This document shows positions 46,854 through 55,403 of a stretch of DNA of 64,000 nucleotides, one piece after another. Positions within the stretch are counted from its first letter, which is position 1, and every line of letters starts with the position of its first letter. The translations under genes were made by a program, and so were the position numbers. The notes beneath the pieces were generated by a model. That model made no database searches and had not been told where the DNA came from. It saw nothing but the letters and a program-made list of their open reading frames with translations. Origin of the DNA: an uncultured Gemmatimonadales bacterium (lineage in GTDB: Bacteria > Gemmatimonadota > Gemmatimonadetes > Longimicrobiales > RSA9); NCBI GenBank assembly GCA_963786235.1, contig CAWAYJ010000003.1, forward strand, positions 18,236 to 82,235, written 5' to 3'.

Positions 46854-48026
46854 ATGATCCGCAACGCTACGAGAAGAGCGCGGGGGTTGGGCATTGCTGT
46901 CCTGGCTTCCGCCCTCCTGTCGGCGTGCACGGGCGGCACCGAGTTCGTGCAGACGACGTTCCACCCGGTCAGCAGTTATGGCCGGGCGGAGAACGCCGCG
47001 TTCATGAACACGTTCTGGTGGACCATGGGGATCCTGTTCCTGGTCTACTTCCTCGTGATCTACGTCGTGATCCGGTTCCGGGAGCGGCCGGGCATGCCGC
47101 ACCCCGAGCAGGTCCACGGCAACACGAAGCTCGAGATCCTGTGGACGGTGATTCCCGCGATCATCACCGTTTTCATCATGGTGCCCGCGGTGAAGGGCGT
47201 GTTCGCGCTGCAGCGCGCGCCGGTGCCGGGCGCGCTCGAGATCGAGGTGATCGGGCACCAGTGGTGGTGGGAGTTCCGCTACCCGGCGGAAGGCGTTGTC
47301 ACGGCGCAGCAGTTCTACGTACCGATCGGTCGCGAGGTGCACCTGCGGCTGAGCTCGGCGGACGTGATCCACAGCTTCTGGGTCCCGCGCATCGGCGGCA
47401 AGCGGGACGTGCTGCCGCAGCCGCGCGTGGCGGAAGGCGAGCGGCCGCGTCCCAACCACATCGTGTTCACGGTCGACTCGGCCGGGGCCTGGCGCGGCCA
47501 GTGCGCGGAATACTGCGGCGAGGGTCACGCGATCATGGCGATGCAGGCCGTGGCCGTGCCGCCCGCGGAATTCGATGAATGGGTGCGCTCGATGAAGGAC
47601 ACGCCGGCGTCGCCGGCGGGCGAGCCCGCGGCCGAGCAGGCGGCCGCTTCCGCCGCTGCGCAGCCCGCCGCCGCGCCGCAGGACACGGCCGCGCCCGCGG
47701 CGCCGGCCGCGCCGCAGACACTCGAAGAGCAGGGGAAGCAGATCTTCCTGAGCAAGGCGTGCATCGCGTGCCACTCGGTGGCGAACACGACGGCGAAGGG
47801 GATGGTGGGTCCGAACCTGACCCGGTTCGGCGCCCGGCCGTACGTGGGTGCGGGTGCGCGTCCGAACACGGTGGAGAACGTGATCCAGTGGATCCACAAC
47901 CCGCGGTCGCTCAAGGCGGGCGCGCTGATGCCGGGCGCGCAGGAGGCGGCGGGTGGTTTCCCGCCGACCGGGTTGACGGATGAGGAGATCCGGGCGGTGG
48001 CGGCCTGGCTGGTCAGCCTCAAGTAA
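46854..48026 (+). CDS. ctaC: cytochrome c oxidase subunit II with fused C-terminal cytochrome c (caa3 type)
   Basis: CuA site (HSFWVPRIGGKRD, CAEYCGEGHAIM) and a C-terminal CIACH heme c motif. Confidence 0.92.
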   Translation: MIRNATRRARGLGIAVLASALLSACTGGTEFVQTTFHPVSSYGRAENAAFMNTFWWTMGILFLVYFLVIYVVIRFRERPGMPHPEQVHGNTKLEILWTVIPAIITVFIMVPAVKGVFALQRAPVPGALEIEVIGHQWWWEFRYPAEGVVTAQQFYVPIGREVHLRLSSADVIHSFWVPRIGGKRDVLPQPRVAEGERPRPNHIVFTVDSAGAWRGQCAEYCGEGHAIMAMQAVAVPPAEFDEWVRSMKDTPASPAGEPAAEQAAASAAAQPAAAPQDTAAPAAPAAPQTLEEQGKQIFLSKACIACHSVANTTAKGMVGPNLTRFGARPYVGAGARPNTVENVIQWIHNPRSLKAGALMPGAQEAAGGFPPTGLTDEEIRAVAAWLVSLK

Positions 48027-48053
48027 TCGCGCGCAAACGAGGAACGAATAACG

Positions 48054-49868
48054 ATGGCCACCATCGAGGCACACGTCCCGAGCGTCCCCGCGGCCGGCAA
48101 GCCGCGCTCGTGGCTCTGGGACCTGATGACCACGGTCGACCACAAGAAGATCGGTCTGTTGTACGGCGCCACCGCGCTCGTCTGGTTCGTGGTGGGTGGG
48201 GTCGAGGCGCTGCTGATGCGGACGCAGCTCGCCAAGGCCGAGAACACGTTCATCTCCGCGGACCTGTACAACCAGCTGTTCACGATGCACGGCACGACCA
48301 TGGTCTTCCTGGTCGGCATGCCGATCGCCGTGGCGCTCTTCAACATCATCATGCCGCTCCAGATTGGCGCGCGCGACGTCGCGTTCCCGCGGCTCAACGC
48401 GCTCTCCTACTGGATCTTCCTGTTCGGCTCGCTGTTCATGAACTTCAGCTGGCTGCTCGGCCAGGCGCCCAACGGCGGCTGGTTCGGCTACGCCAACCTG
48501 ACCACGTCGCAGTACTCGCCCGGGCTCAACATCGACTTCTGGGTGCTCGGCCTGCAGGCGCTCGGCATCGCTTCCATCATGGGCGGCATCAACTTCGTGA
48601 CCACCATCATCAACCTGCGCGCGCCGGGCATGCGACTCATGCGCATGCCGCTCTTCACGTGGATGAGCTTCATTCAGAGCATCCTCGTGATCACCGCGCT
48701 GCCCATCCTCGCCGTGGCGCTGTTCCTGGTCACGTTCGACCGCTTCTGGGGCACCAACTTCTTCGCGGTCGCGGCCGGCGGCGACCCCGTCCTCTGGCAG
48801 CACCTGTTCTGGTTGTTCGGCCACCCCGAGGTCTACATCCTGATCCTGCCCGCGTTCGGCATCCTGTCGGAGGTCATCCCGACGTTCTCCCGCAAGCCGA
48901 TCTTCGGCTACTCCGTGATGGTCTACTCGGCGGCGCTCATCGCGTTGATCGGCTGGGGCGTCTGGGGCCACCACATGTACGCGGTCGGCATGGGCCCGGT
49001 CGCCGATTCCTATTTCACGATCAGCACGCTCATCATCGCGATCCCGACCGGCGTCAAGATCTTCAACTGGATCGCGACGATGTGGGGCGGCAAGATCAAG
49101 TTCAACACGGCCATGGCCTACGCCGTCGCCGCCGTCGTCACGTTCACGATGGGCGGCGTATCCGGCGTGATGCACTCGACCACGCCCCATGACTGGCAGC
49201 AGACGGACACCTATTTCGTGGTCGCCCACTTCCACTACGTGCTGCTGGGCGGCCTCATCATGGGCCTGTTCGCCGGCTTCTACTACTGGTACCCGAAGGT
49301 CACCGGCCGGCTGATGTCGGAGAAGCTCGGCAAGTGGAGCTTCTGGACCTACATCATCGGCATGCACATGACGTTCTTCCCCATGCACTGGACCGGGCTG
49401 CTGGGGATGCCGCGGCGCGTGTTCACATACTCCGCGGAGCTGGGCGTCGACCGGCTCAACCAGGTTTCCACCGCCGGTGCGTTCCTCTCCGCCGTCGGCG
49501 TGCTCTTCCTCGTGATCAACATGATCCGCAGCCTGAAGAAGGGCGAGCCGGCCGGCCGCAACCCGTGGAACGCGGCCACGCTCGAGTGGGCGACCGAGTC
49601 GCCGCCCGTCGCGCACAATTTCAACCGCGTGCCGACCGTGCACAGCCGCGAGCCGCTCTGGGTCGAGCGCGAGCAGATCGAGACGACCGTGTTCGCCGAG
49701 CCCGAGCCGATGCACATGCCGCCACCCTCGTACTGGCCCATCCTGACGGCCGTGGGCGTGGTCGCCACGTTCGCCCTGTTCTTCGCGCCCATGTGGTGGG
49801 CGCCGCTCATCGGGCTGGGCTGGGTAGGCGTGTGCATCATCAACTGGGCGTACGAACCGATTCACTGA
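48054..49868 (+). CDS. ctaD: cytochrome c oxidase subunit I
   Basis: 604 aa, WFFGHPEVYILILP-type motif (LFWLFGHPEVYILILPAFG), HFHYVL. Confidence 0.95.
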   Translation: MATIEAHVPSVPAAGKPRSWLWDLMTTVDHKKIGLLYGATALVWFVVGGVEALLMRTQLAKAENTFISADLYNQLFTMHGTTMVFLVGMPIAVALFNIIMPLQIGARDVAFPRLNALSYWIFLFGSLFMNFSWLLGQAPNGGWFGYANLTTSQYSPGLNIDFWVLGLQALGIASIMGGINFVTTIINLRAPGMRLMRMPLFTWMSFIQSILVITALPILAVALFLVTFDRFWGTNFFAVAAGGDPVLWQHLFWLFGHPEVYILILPAFGILSEVIPTFSRKPIFGYSVMVYSAALIALIGWGVWGHHMYAVGMGPVADSYFTISTLIIAIPTGVKIFNWIATMWGGKIKFNTAMAYAVAAVVTFTMGGVSGVMHSTTPHDWQQTDTYFVVAHFHYVLLGGLIMGLFAGFYYWYPKVTGRLMSEKLGKWSFWTYIIGMHMTFFPMHWTGLLGMPRRVFTYSAELGVDRLNQVSTAGAFLSAVGVLFLVINMIRSLKKGEPAGRNPWNAATLEWATESPPVAHNFNRVPTVHSREPLWVEREQIETTVFAEPEPMHMPPPSYWPILTAVGVVATFALFFAPMWWAPLIGLGWVGVCIINWAYEPIH

Positions 49869-49884
49869 CAGGGGACAGACGAAC

Positions 49885-50496
49885 GTGAGTCAGACGGCAG
49901 CGGCAATGGCCACCCACGGCGGGGCTCCCGCGGAACACACCGCGACGGGCCTGAGCATGCTCAAGCTGGGGTTCTGGATCTTCCTCGGCTCCGAGACGCT
50001 CTTCTTCGGGTCGCTCATCTCGACCTACATGGTCTACAAGCACGAGAGCGTGGTCGGGCCCTATCCCACCGAGATCCTGAACATCCCGCTCACCAGCATC
50101 AGTACCTTCGTGCTGCTGATGAGCTCGCTCGCCGTGGTCATTGCGCTCGACGCGCTGCAGCGCGGGCTCCGCCAGCGCGCCCTGTTCTGGATCATGGCCG
50201 TCGTCGTGCTCGGCTCCATGTTCCTCGGCTTCCAGGCCTTCGAGTTCACGCACTTCTACCACGAAGGCCTGACCCTGCAGAAGAACCTCTTCGGCTCGAC
50301 CTTCTTCGTGCTGACCGGGTTCCACGGTGCGCACGTGACGGTCGGCGTGATCTGGATCCTGATTCTGTGGATGGATGCGTTCCGCGGTAATCTGGGGCCG
50401 GCCAACGCGCTCAAGTTCGAGATCGCGGGTCTGTACTGGCACTTCGTGGATATCGTGTGGATCGCGATCTTCACGCTGATCTACCTCATCAACTGA
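49885..50496 (+). CDS. ctaE: cytochrome c oxidase subunit III
   Basis: 203 aa, FFVLTGFHGAHVTVG motif. Confidence 0.9.
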   Translation: MSQTAAAMATHGGAPAEHTATGLSMLKLGFWIFLGSETLFFGSLISTYMVYKHESVVGPYPTEILNIPLTSISTFVLLMSSLAVVIALDALQRGLRQRALFWIMAVVVLGSMFLGFQAFEFTHFYHEGLTLQKNLFGSTFFVLTGFHGAHVTVGVIWILILWMDAFRGNLGPANALKFEIAGLYWHFVDIVWIAIFTLIYLIN

Positions 50497-50502
50497 CGGG
50501 AC

Positions 50503-50544
50503 GGCGGGCGACCTGGGGCGGGCGACTTGGGGCGGGCGACGAAG
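50503..50544. repeat. 3 x 14-bp tandem repeat GGCGGGCGAC(NNNN)
   Basis: GGCGGGCGAC at 50503, 50517 and 50531, in the ctaE-ctaF spacer. It is followed by a degenerate GGCGGGGAAGGGAT. Confidence 0.8.
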
Positions 50545-50587
50545 GGCGGGGAAGGGATTACGGCGGGAACGGAATGGAGGGGGACGA

Positions 50588-50920
50588 ATGAGTGGTGAGT
50601 CGGGAGCGGTTGTGGCGGAGCATGGAGGCGGGCACGCGAGTGTGGGCACCTATGTGGTCGTGGGCGTGGTGCTCACGATCATCACGGCGATCGAGGTGGC
50701 GATCTTCTACATCCCGGCGCTGCACCCGATCATGGTGCCGACGCTGCTCACGTTCTCGGCCGCGAAGTTCCTGATCGTGGTGGGCTTCTACATGCACCTG
50801 AAGTACGACAGCCCCATCTTCCGGCGCGTTTTCTTCGGGCCGCTCGCGCTCGCCGTCGTGGTATCGATCGGGTTGCTCATCCTCTTCAAGTTCATTCCGG
50901 GGCTGGATCCGGTCCGCTGA
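50588..50920 (+). CDS. ctaF: prokaryotic cytochrome c oxidase subunit IV
   Basis: 110 aa, 3 TM, KFLIVVGFYMHLKYD motif. Confidence 0.8.
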   Translation: MSGESGAVVAEHGGGHASVGTYVVVGVVLTIITAIEVAIFYIPALHPIMVPTLLTFSAAKFLIVVGFYMHLKYDSPIFRRVFFGPLALAVVVSIGLLILFKFIPGLDPVR

Positions 50921-51011
50921 CTGGATCCACGTCCTCGACGAGCAACGCATCGCCCTTACCGTGCTCCGCCCGCGCTTCACGGAGGTCGAGCAGTACCTGC
51001 TCACCCGCCGC

Positions 51012-51045
51012 AGTGAAGCGAAGCTGGAAGTGAAGCGAAGCTGGA
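51012..51045. repeat. exact 17-bp tandem duplication AGTGAAGCGAAGCTGGA x2
   Basis: Read directly: 51012-51028 is identical to 51029-45. Confidence 0.9.
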
Positions 51046-51160
51046 GCGGATGCGCGCGCTGTTGCGACGGAGTTCCGGAACCGGCGTCTGATCTCGCTGA
51101 AGGCGGCGGTCCTCCACGCGACGGGGCCCTCGACGGCGCGACGACTTCGGGCCACCTTCC

Positions 51161-51703
51161 GTGGTGCGGAAGGACGATCGGGAACATCCGGCGGGGAGGC
51201 CCGGACAGGTGCGCACGAAGGTCGGGAAATGGCGGCGCTGGGAGATCCGGATCGGCCGCGAGCTGGACCGGCTGGAGTCGTGGCGCGCCGCGCGCGAAGG
51301 GCTCGACGGCGACGACCGGATCGCGGTCGCGGATCGCGCGTTCGTCGCCGAGGTCTACGCCCACGCGCTCGCGATGGGCGTGCGCCGGCAACTCAAGACC
51401 GGGTCACGCGACGTTTCGCTGGTGCGCCTGCTCGAGGACATCGCCGCGAACCCTCGCATGCTCCCCAACACTCCCGGCGAGCGAGCGCTGACCGCCACCG
51501 CCGTCCGCCGCGACCTCGCCGAACTCAAGCGACTGGCCCGCCCCGCCGAGGCGTACGCCGACCGCTCTGTCGCCCACTCCGATCGACGCTCCCGCGGCGA
51601 GCCCCCCATCGAAGCGCTCCACGCCGCGCTCGTTCGCCTCCGCGAGCTGCACGCGAAGTACGCCCGCCTCATCCCCGGCAACTCCGCATCCCCCGGTCGC
51701 TGA
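51161..51703 (+). CDS. hypothetical protein (helical; weak AbiU2/HEPN-like resemblance)
   Basis: 180-aa ORF with a GTG start and protein-like composition, unlike its shadow frames. Motif ...AYADRSVAHSD.... No confident family. Confidence 0.45.
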   Translation: MVRKDDREHPAGRPGQVRTKVGKWRRWEIRIGRELDRLESWRAAREGLDGDDRIAVADRAFVAEVYAHALAMGVRRQLKTGSRDVSLVRLLEDIAANPRMLPNTPGERALTATAVRRDLAELKRLARPAEAYADRSVAHSDRRSRGEPPIEALHAALVRLRELHAKYARLIPGNSASPGR

Positions 51704-51726
51704 CCGTCGAGCCGCCCGCGTCCATC

Positions 51727-51808
51727 GCCGCCCCTCTCCCGCCGCCCCCTCTCCCGCCGCCCCCGCAAACGCTCCCGCGAACGCCTCCGCCTCCGCCCCC
51801 GCCCCCCG
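51727..51808. repeat. GC-rich repeat element, copy B (single C-rich arm)
   Basis: CCCGCAAACGCTCCCGCGAACGCCTCCGCCTCCGCCCCCGCCCCCC, preceded by duplicated CGCCCC(C)TCTCCCGC. It lies between convergent genes. Confidence 0.8.
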
Positions 51809-51815
51809 TTTCCGT

Positions 51816-52949
51816 TCAGAACCCGAGTCCCCTCACCAGCCCCGCAATCCCGAACCCCAGATACGTCCCGACCGCGTAGCCGAGCAGACCCACGATGACG
51901 CCCGGCAGCACGAGCTGCGGCCATTCGCGAGCGACGGCGACGGCGAGCGCGCTGGGCGGCCCGCCGACCGCGGCCTGCGAGGCGACGGAAAGCGAGGCGA
52001 CGTCGATCCGGAACAGCTTGCCGAATCCGAAGACAACGAGGCCGTGCACGGTCACGATGATGAGCGTGAAGTAGAAGACGTCGACGCCGACCGCCATGAT
52101 CTCGGCGGCGCGCGAGTGGATCCCGATCACGACGAAGAAGAACACGAGCGCGAAATTACCGAACTGCAGGGAGCCGGCCACCTTTCCGAGCGGCGTGAGG
52201 TGGCCGGCGACGAGTGCGAACGTGGTCAGCCACAGCACTGCGGGCACGCCGGGCACGAGCCGGCCGGCGGCGTTTGCCAGGAGCACGAGCAGGAGGCCGG
52301 ACGAGACGAGCAGCGCCATGTCGACGGTGTTGAGCGTGATGCCGGAGAAATACGGGTGCTCGACATCGGTCGCGCCCGCGACCGGATCGGCCGGCTTCGG
52401 GATGGGTGGGTAGAAGCGCGCCAGCCAGACGGGCAGGAGCAGGGTCGCGCCCATCCATAGCGCGGTCGCCGCGGCGTCCGCCGCGTTGGCGGCGGCGAAC
52501 AGGGTGGGCGGGATGCCGAGCCCGCGGCTGACGGACACGAAGTTGACGGATCCGCCGGTGTAGGTCCCGGTGAACGCGCCGGCGAGGCTGGCGTTGTCGG
52601 CGCCGAATCTGCTCGCGAAGATGAACGCGCCGATCAGCGCGCCGAGCGCGGTGCCGACGCAGGCGAGGCCGAACGCGCCGAGCACACGGCGGCCGACGCG
52701 TCGCACATCGGAGATGTTGACGGCGAGCAGCAGCCATGCGATCGCGACGTAGGTGATCGGCCCCTCGATGGCGTCGTACACGGGCGAGGCGGCGGGCACG
52801 GCGCCGAGGTTGGAGAGTGCTGCGCCGATGATGATGGCGAGCATGCCGGCCCCGATCTTCGAGAGCACCGGCACGTGGCGGTCGAGCCAGAAGCAGAGCG
52901 CGACGGTTACGGCGATCACGGTCGCGAGCGGCAGCGGTGCCTGGATCAT
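51816..52949 (-). CDS. DUF819-family integral membrane protein
   Basis: 377 aa, about 10-12 TM. The N-terminus LCFWLDRHVPVLSKIGAGMLAIIIGAALSNLG is typical of DUF819. Confidence 0.65.
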   Translation of the reverse strand: MIQAPLPLATVIAVTVALCFWLDRHVPVLSKIGAGMLAIIIGAALSNLGAVPAASPVYDAIEGPITYVAIAWLLLAVNISDVRRVGRRVLGAFGLACVGTALGALIGAFIFASRFGADNASLAGAFTGTYTGGSVNFVSVSRGLGIPPTLFAAANAADAAATALWMGATLLLPVWLARFYPPIPKPADPVAGATDVEHPYFSGITLNTVDMALLVSSGLLLVLLANAAGRLVPGVPAVLWLTTFALVAGHLTPLGKVAGSLQFGNFALVFFFVVIGIHSRAAEIMAVGVDVFYFTLIIVTVHGLVVFGFGKLFRIDVASLSVASQAAVGGPPSALAVAVAREWPQLVLPGVIVGLLGYAVGTYLGFGIAGLVRGLGF

Positions 52950-53042
52950 GGGCGTCCACTATCTTGGCGTGAGATCGGGACCGGGCCGCGAAGTGTGCCA
53001 CCGGCGCGGTGCGGCCCGCAAGTCGAGGACGAGGAATCGGGC

Positions 53043-53492
53043 ATGAACGAGACTCCTGGCGGGCGGCTGGAAGCGATCTGGATCAAGCGGGCGAAGCGGG
53101 GGCCGATGGATCCCTTCGCGGCCGCGTCGCTGGTGGCGGGCCGCGGCCTGGTCGGCAACGCGGACCAGGGCGGCCGGCGCCAGGTCACGATCATCGAGAA
53201 GGAAGTCTGGCAGCGGCACATGGACGCGCTCGGCGGATCGCTCGACCCGTCCTCGCGGCGGGCGAACCTGATGGTGAGCGACTTCCCGCTCGCGGACAGC
53301 CGCGGCCGGACCTTCCGCATCGGCGCGTGCCGCATCCGCATCTTCGGCGAGACCAAGCCGTGCGAACGGATGGAGTCCGCACTGCCGGGCCTGCGCGAGC
53401 AGATGTACGCGGACTGGGGCGGCGGCGCGTTCGGCGAGGTGCTCGATGATGGCGGGATCGAAGTCGGGGACACGGTCGAGTGGATCGATTGA
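53043..53492 (+). CDS. MOSC domain protein
   Basis: 149 aa, GLVGNADQGGRRQVTII...RIGACRIRIFGETKPCERM MOSC signature with a conserved Cys. Confidence 0.8.
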   Translation: MNETPGGRLEAIWIKRAKRGPMDPFAAASLVAGRGLVGNADQGGRRQVTIIEKEVWQRHMDALGGSLDPSSRRANLMVSDFPLADSRGRTFRIGACRIRIFGETKPCERMESALPGLREQMYADWGGGAFGEVLDDGGIEVGDTVEWID

Positions 53493-53505
53493 GGGAGGCA
53501 TCGCC

Positions 53506-55340
53506 ATGAGGATGCGCGGGAAGATCGCGGTGCTGGAGGTCGCGAGACTGGCCAGTGGATCCGCAGTGCCGACACTTCGGGCGCGATGGACGTGCGCTTC
53601 GGTTTTCCTCGCGCTGGCACTGCTGCTTTCCCTGCCGCCGGAAGCGCAGGCGCAGCGGCGGTCGCGGCCGCAGCCGCTGGTGGCCGCGGACGGGACGGTG
53701 GACTGGAACCGGTATTACAGCGCGGCGGAGACGAGCCAGATCCTGACCGCGCTCGGCCGCCGGTACCCGGCGCTCACGCGCGTCTACTCGATCGGCAAGA
53801 GCTACAAGGGCGTCGACCTGATGATGGTAGAGGTGACCAACGAGGAGACGGGGCCGGCAGCGGAGAAGCCTGCGCTCTACCTCGACGGCGGGATCCACGC
53901 CGGCGAGCTCACGGGCTCCGCCGTCGCACTCTACGTGTTGAACCACCTGCTCCGGAACTACGGCCGCGACACCGCGATCACGCGGCTGCTCGACACGCGC
54001 GCCTTCTACATCCGGCCCAAGTTCAACCCGGACGGGTCGGACCTCGCGCTGCTCGAGGACCAGCGGCTGCGCAGCACGGTCCATCCGTGGGACGAGGATG
54101 GCGACGGCACGGCCGACGAGGACCCGCCGGAAGATCTCGAACAAGGACGGCTGGATCACGCAGATGCGCGTGCGCGATCCACGCGGCGACATGAAGCCGA
54201 GCCCGCTCGACCGGCGCGCGCTTGTTGCCGCGCGAGCCCGGCGACTCGGCGGGCCCGTTCTACTTCGTCAGTACGGAAGGCATCGACAACGATGACGACG
54301 GCCGCTTCAACGAGGACGGCATCGGCGGCATCGACATGAACCGCAACTTCCCGGGCAACTGGGCGCCCGAGTACCTGCAGCCGGGTGCGGGCCCGTTCCC
54401 GCTCTCGGAGCCCGAGACGTACGCGACCGTGAAGTTCATCGATGAGCACCCGAACATCGCGAGCATCGTGCACGGTCACACGTCGGGCGGATTCGTGTAC
54501 CGGCTGCCGTCCGCGTCGGACCCGTCGAAATTCGATCGCACGGACCTCGGCGTGATCGAGGACCTCGGCCAGGTCTACACGGCGACGACCGGCCGGCCTG
54601 TGCAGCCCAGCTCGACGCACCCGACGGAGCACCGCTACGGCACGCTCATCGAGTGGGCATACCAGGACAAGGGCATCATCGGCTGGGTGCCCGAGTACGT
54701 GCCGCCCATGTCGTGGGTCACCGACTACGACGGCAACGGCAGGATCACCGAGGAGGAGCAGCTGCGCTTCGACGACGAGAAGCTGGGTGGCCGCTACTTC
54801 TCGCCCTGGAAGCCGTTCCCGCACCCGCAGCTGGGCGAGATCGAGATCGGCGGCTGGCACCGCAAGTTCTGGGGGCAGAACACGCCGCCCGAATACCTCG
54901 AGGCCGAGTGCCGGGCGCAGGTGCCGTGGATCCTCTACCTCGCCGGGACCGGGCCGCGCCTCGCGCTGGGGACGCCGCGCGTCCGCGCCGTCGACGCGCA
55001 GCACGTGCGCATCGAGGTCGAGGTCCGGAATGAGGGCTGGCTGCCGACCTACCTGACGGAGCGCGGATTCACCGGACGCGAAACGCGGAGCGGGATCGAG
55101 GACCAGATCGTGCGCCCGCCGACCGCGCTGCTCGAGCTGACCGGCGGAACGGTGCAGGGTCCTCCCCGCATCGTCGTCGGCCACCTCGGCGGCGAGTCGC
55201 CGCACTCGAAGAAGGTGACGGAGACGTCGCGGATGATCGAATGGACCGTGCGCGTGACGGGCCGCGAGCTCCGCTTCCACGTCGTCGCCGAAGGCGGACC
55301 CGCGGGTACGGCGCGCAGCACGGACGTCGTGTACCGCTGA
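53506..55340 (+). pseudogene. M14 zinc carboxypeptidase, two apparent +1 frameshifts (about 54139 and about 54224)
   Basis: GAGGGAGG Shine-Dalgarno and a signal peptide. The zinc motif GGIHAGE is in the first frame. NKDGWITQMRVRDPRGDMKPSPLDRRAL is in the +1 frame. LPREPGD...GIDMNRNFP...HGHTSGG is in the +2 frame. Confidence 0.8.
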
Positions 55341-55346
55341 AGCGAC

Positions 55347-55368
55347 GCCGGCGTCTTCGGGCGCCGGC
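55347..55368. terminator. candidate hairpin between convergent genes
   Basis: GCCGGCG-TCTTCGGG-CGCCGGC, a 7-bp stem. There is no clear U-tract. Confidence 0.3.
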
Positions 55369-55403
55369 CCGCGCGTCAGTCCGGCGCCGTCTCCCCTCGT
55401 CGT

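Noticed and set aside
46398-49865. 1155-aa minus-strand ORF, and similar long ORFs at 9609..11816, 8908..10263, 17000..19396, 20754..23255, 30008..32335, 39788..41962, 56582..58681, 23998..25719 and 62242..63816.
   Set aside because: They lie antisense or out of frame to genes with unmistakable family motifs. Their translations are Arg/Pro/Gly/His-rich with no recognisable motifs. These are typical stop-poor shadow ORFs of ~70% GC DNA.
51229-51924. Pro-rich and Gly-rich ORFs across the repeat elements: 51229..51879, 51355..51924, 32992..33387, 58213..58404, 63665..63910.
   Set aside because: Their only distinctive segments are poly-Pro or poly-Gly translations of the GC-rich repeat arms. The same DNA occurs in both orientations in intergenic positions.
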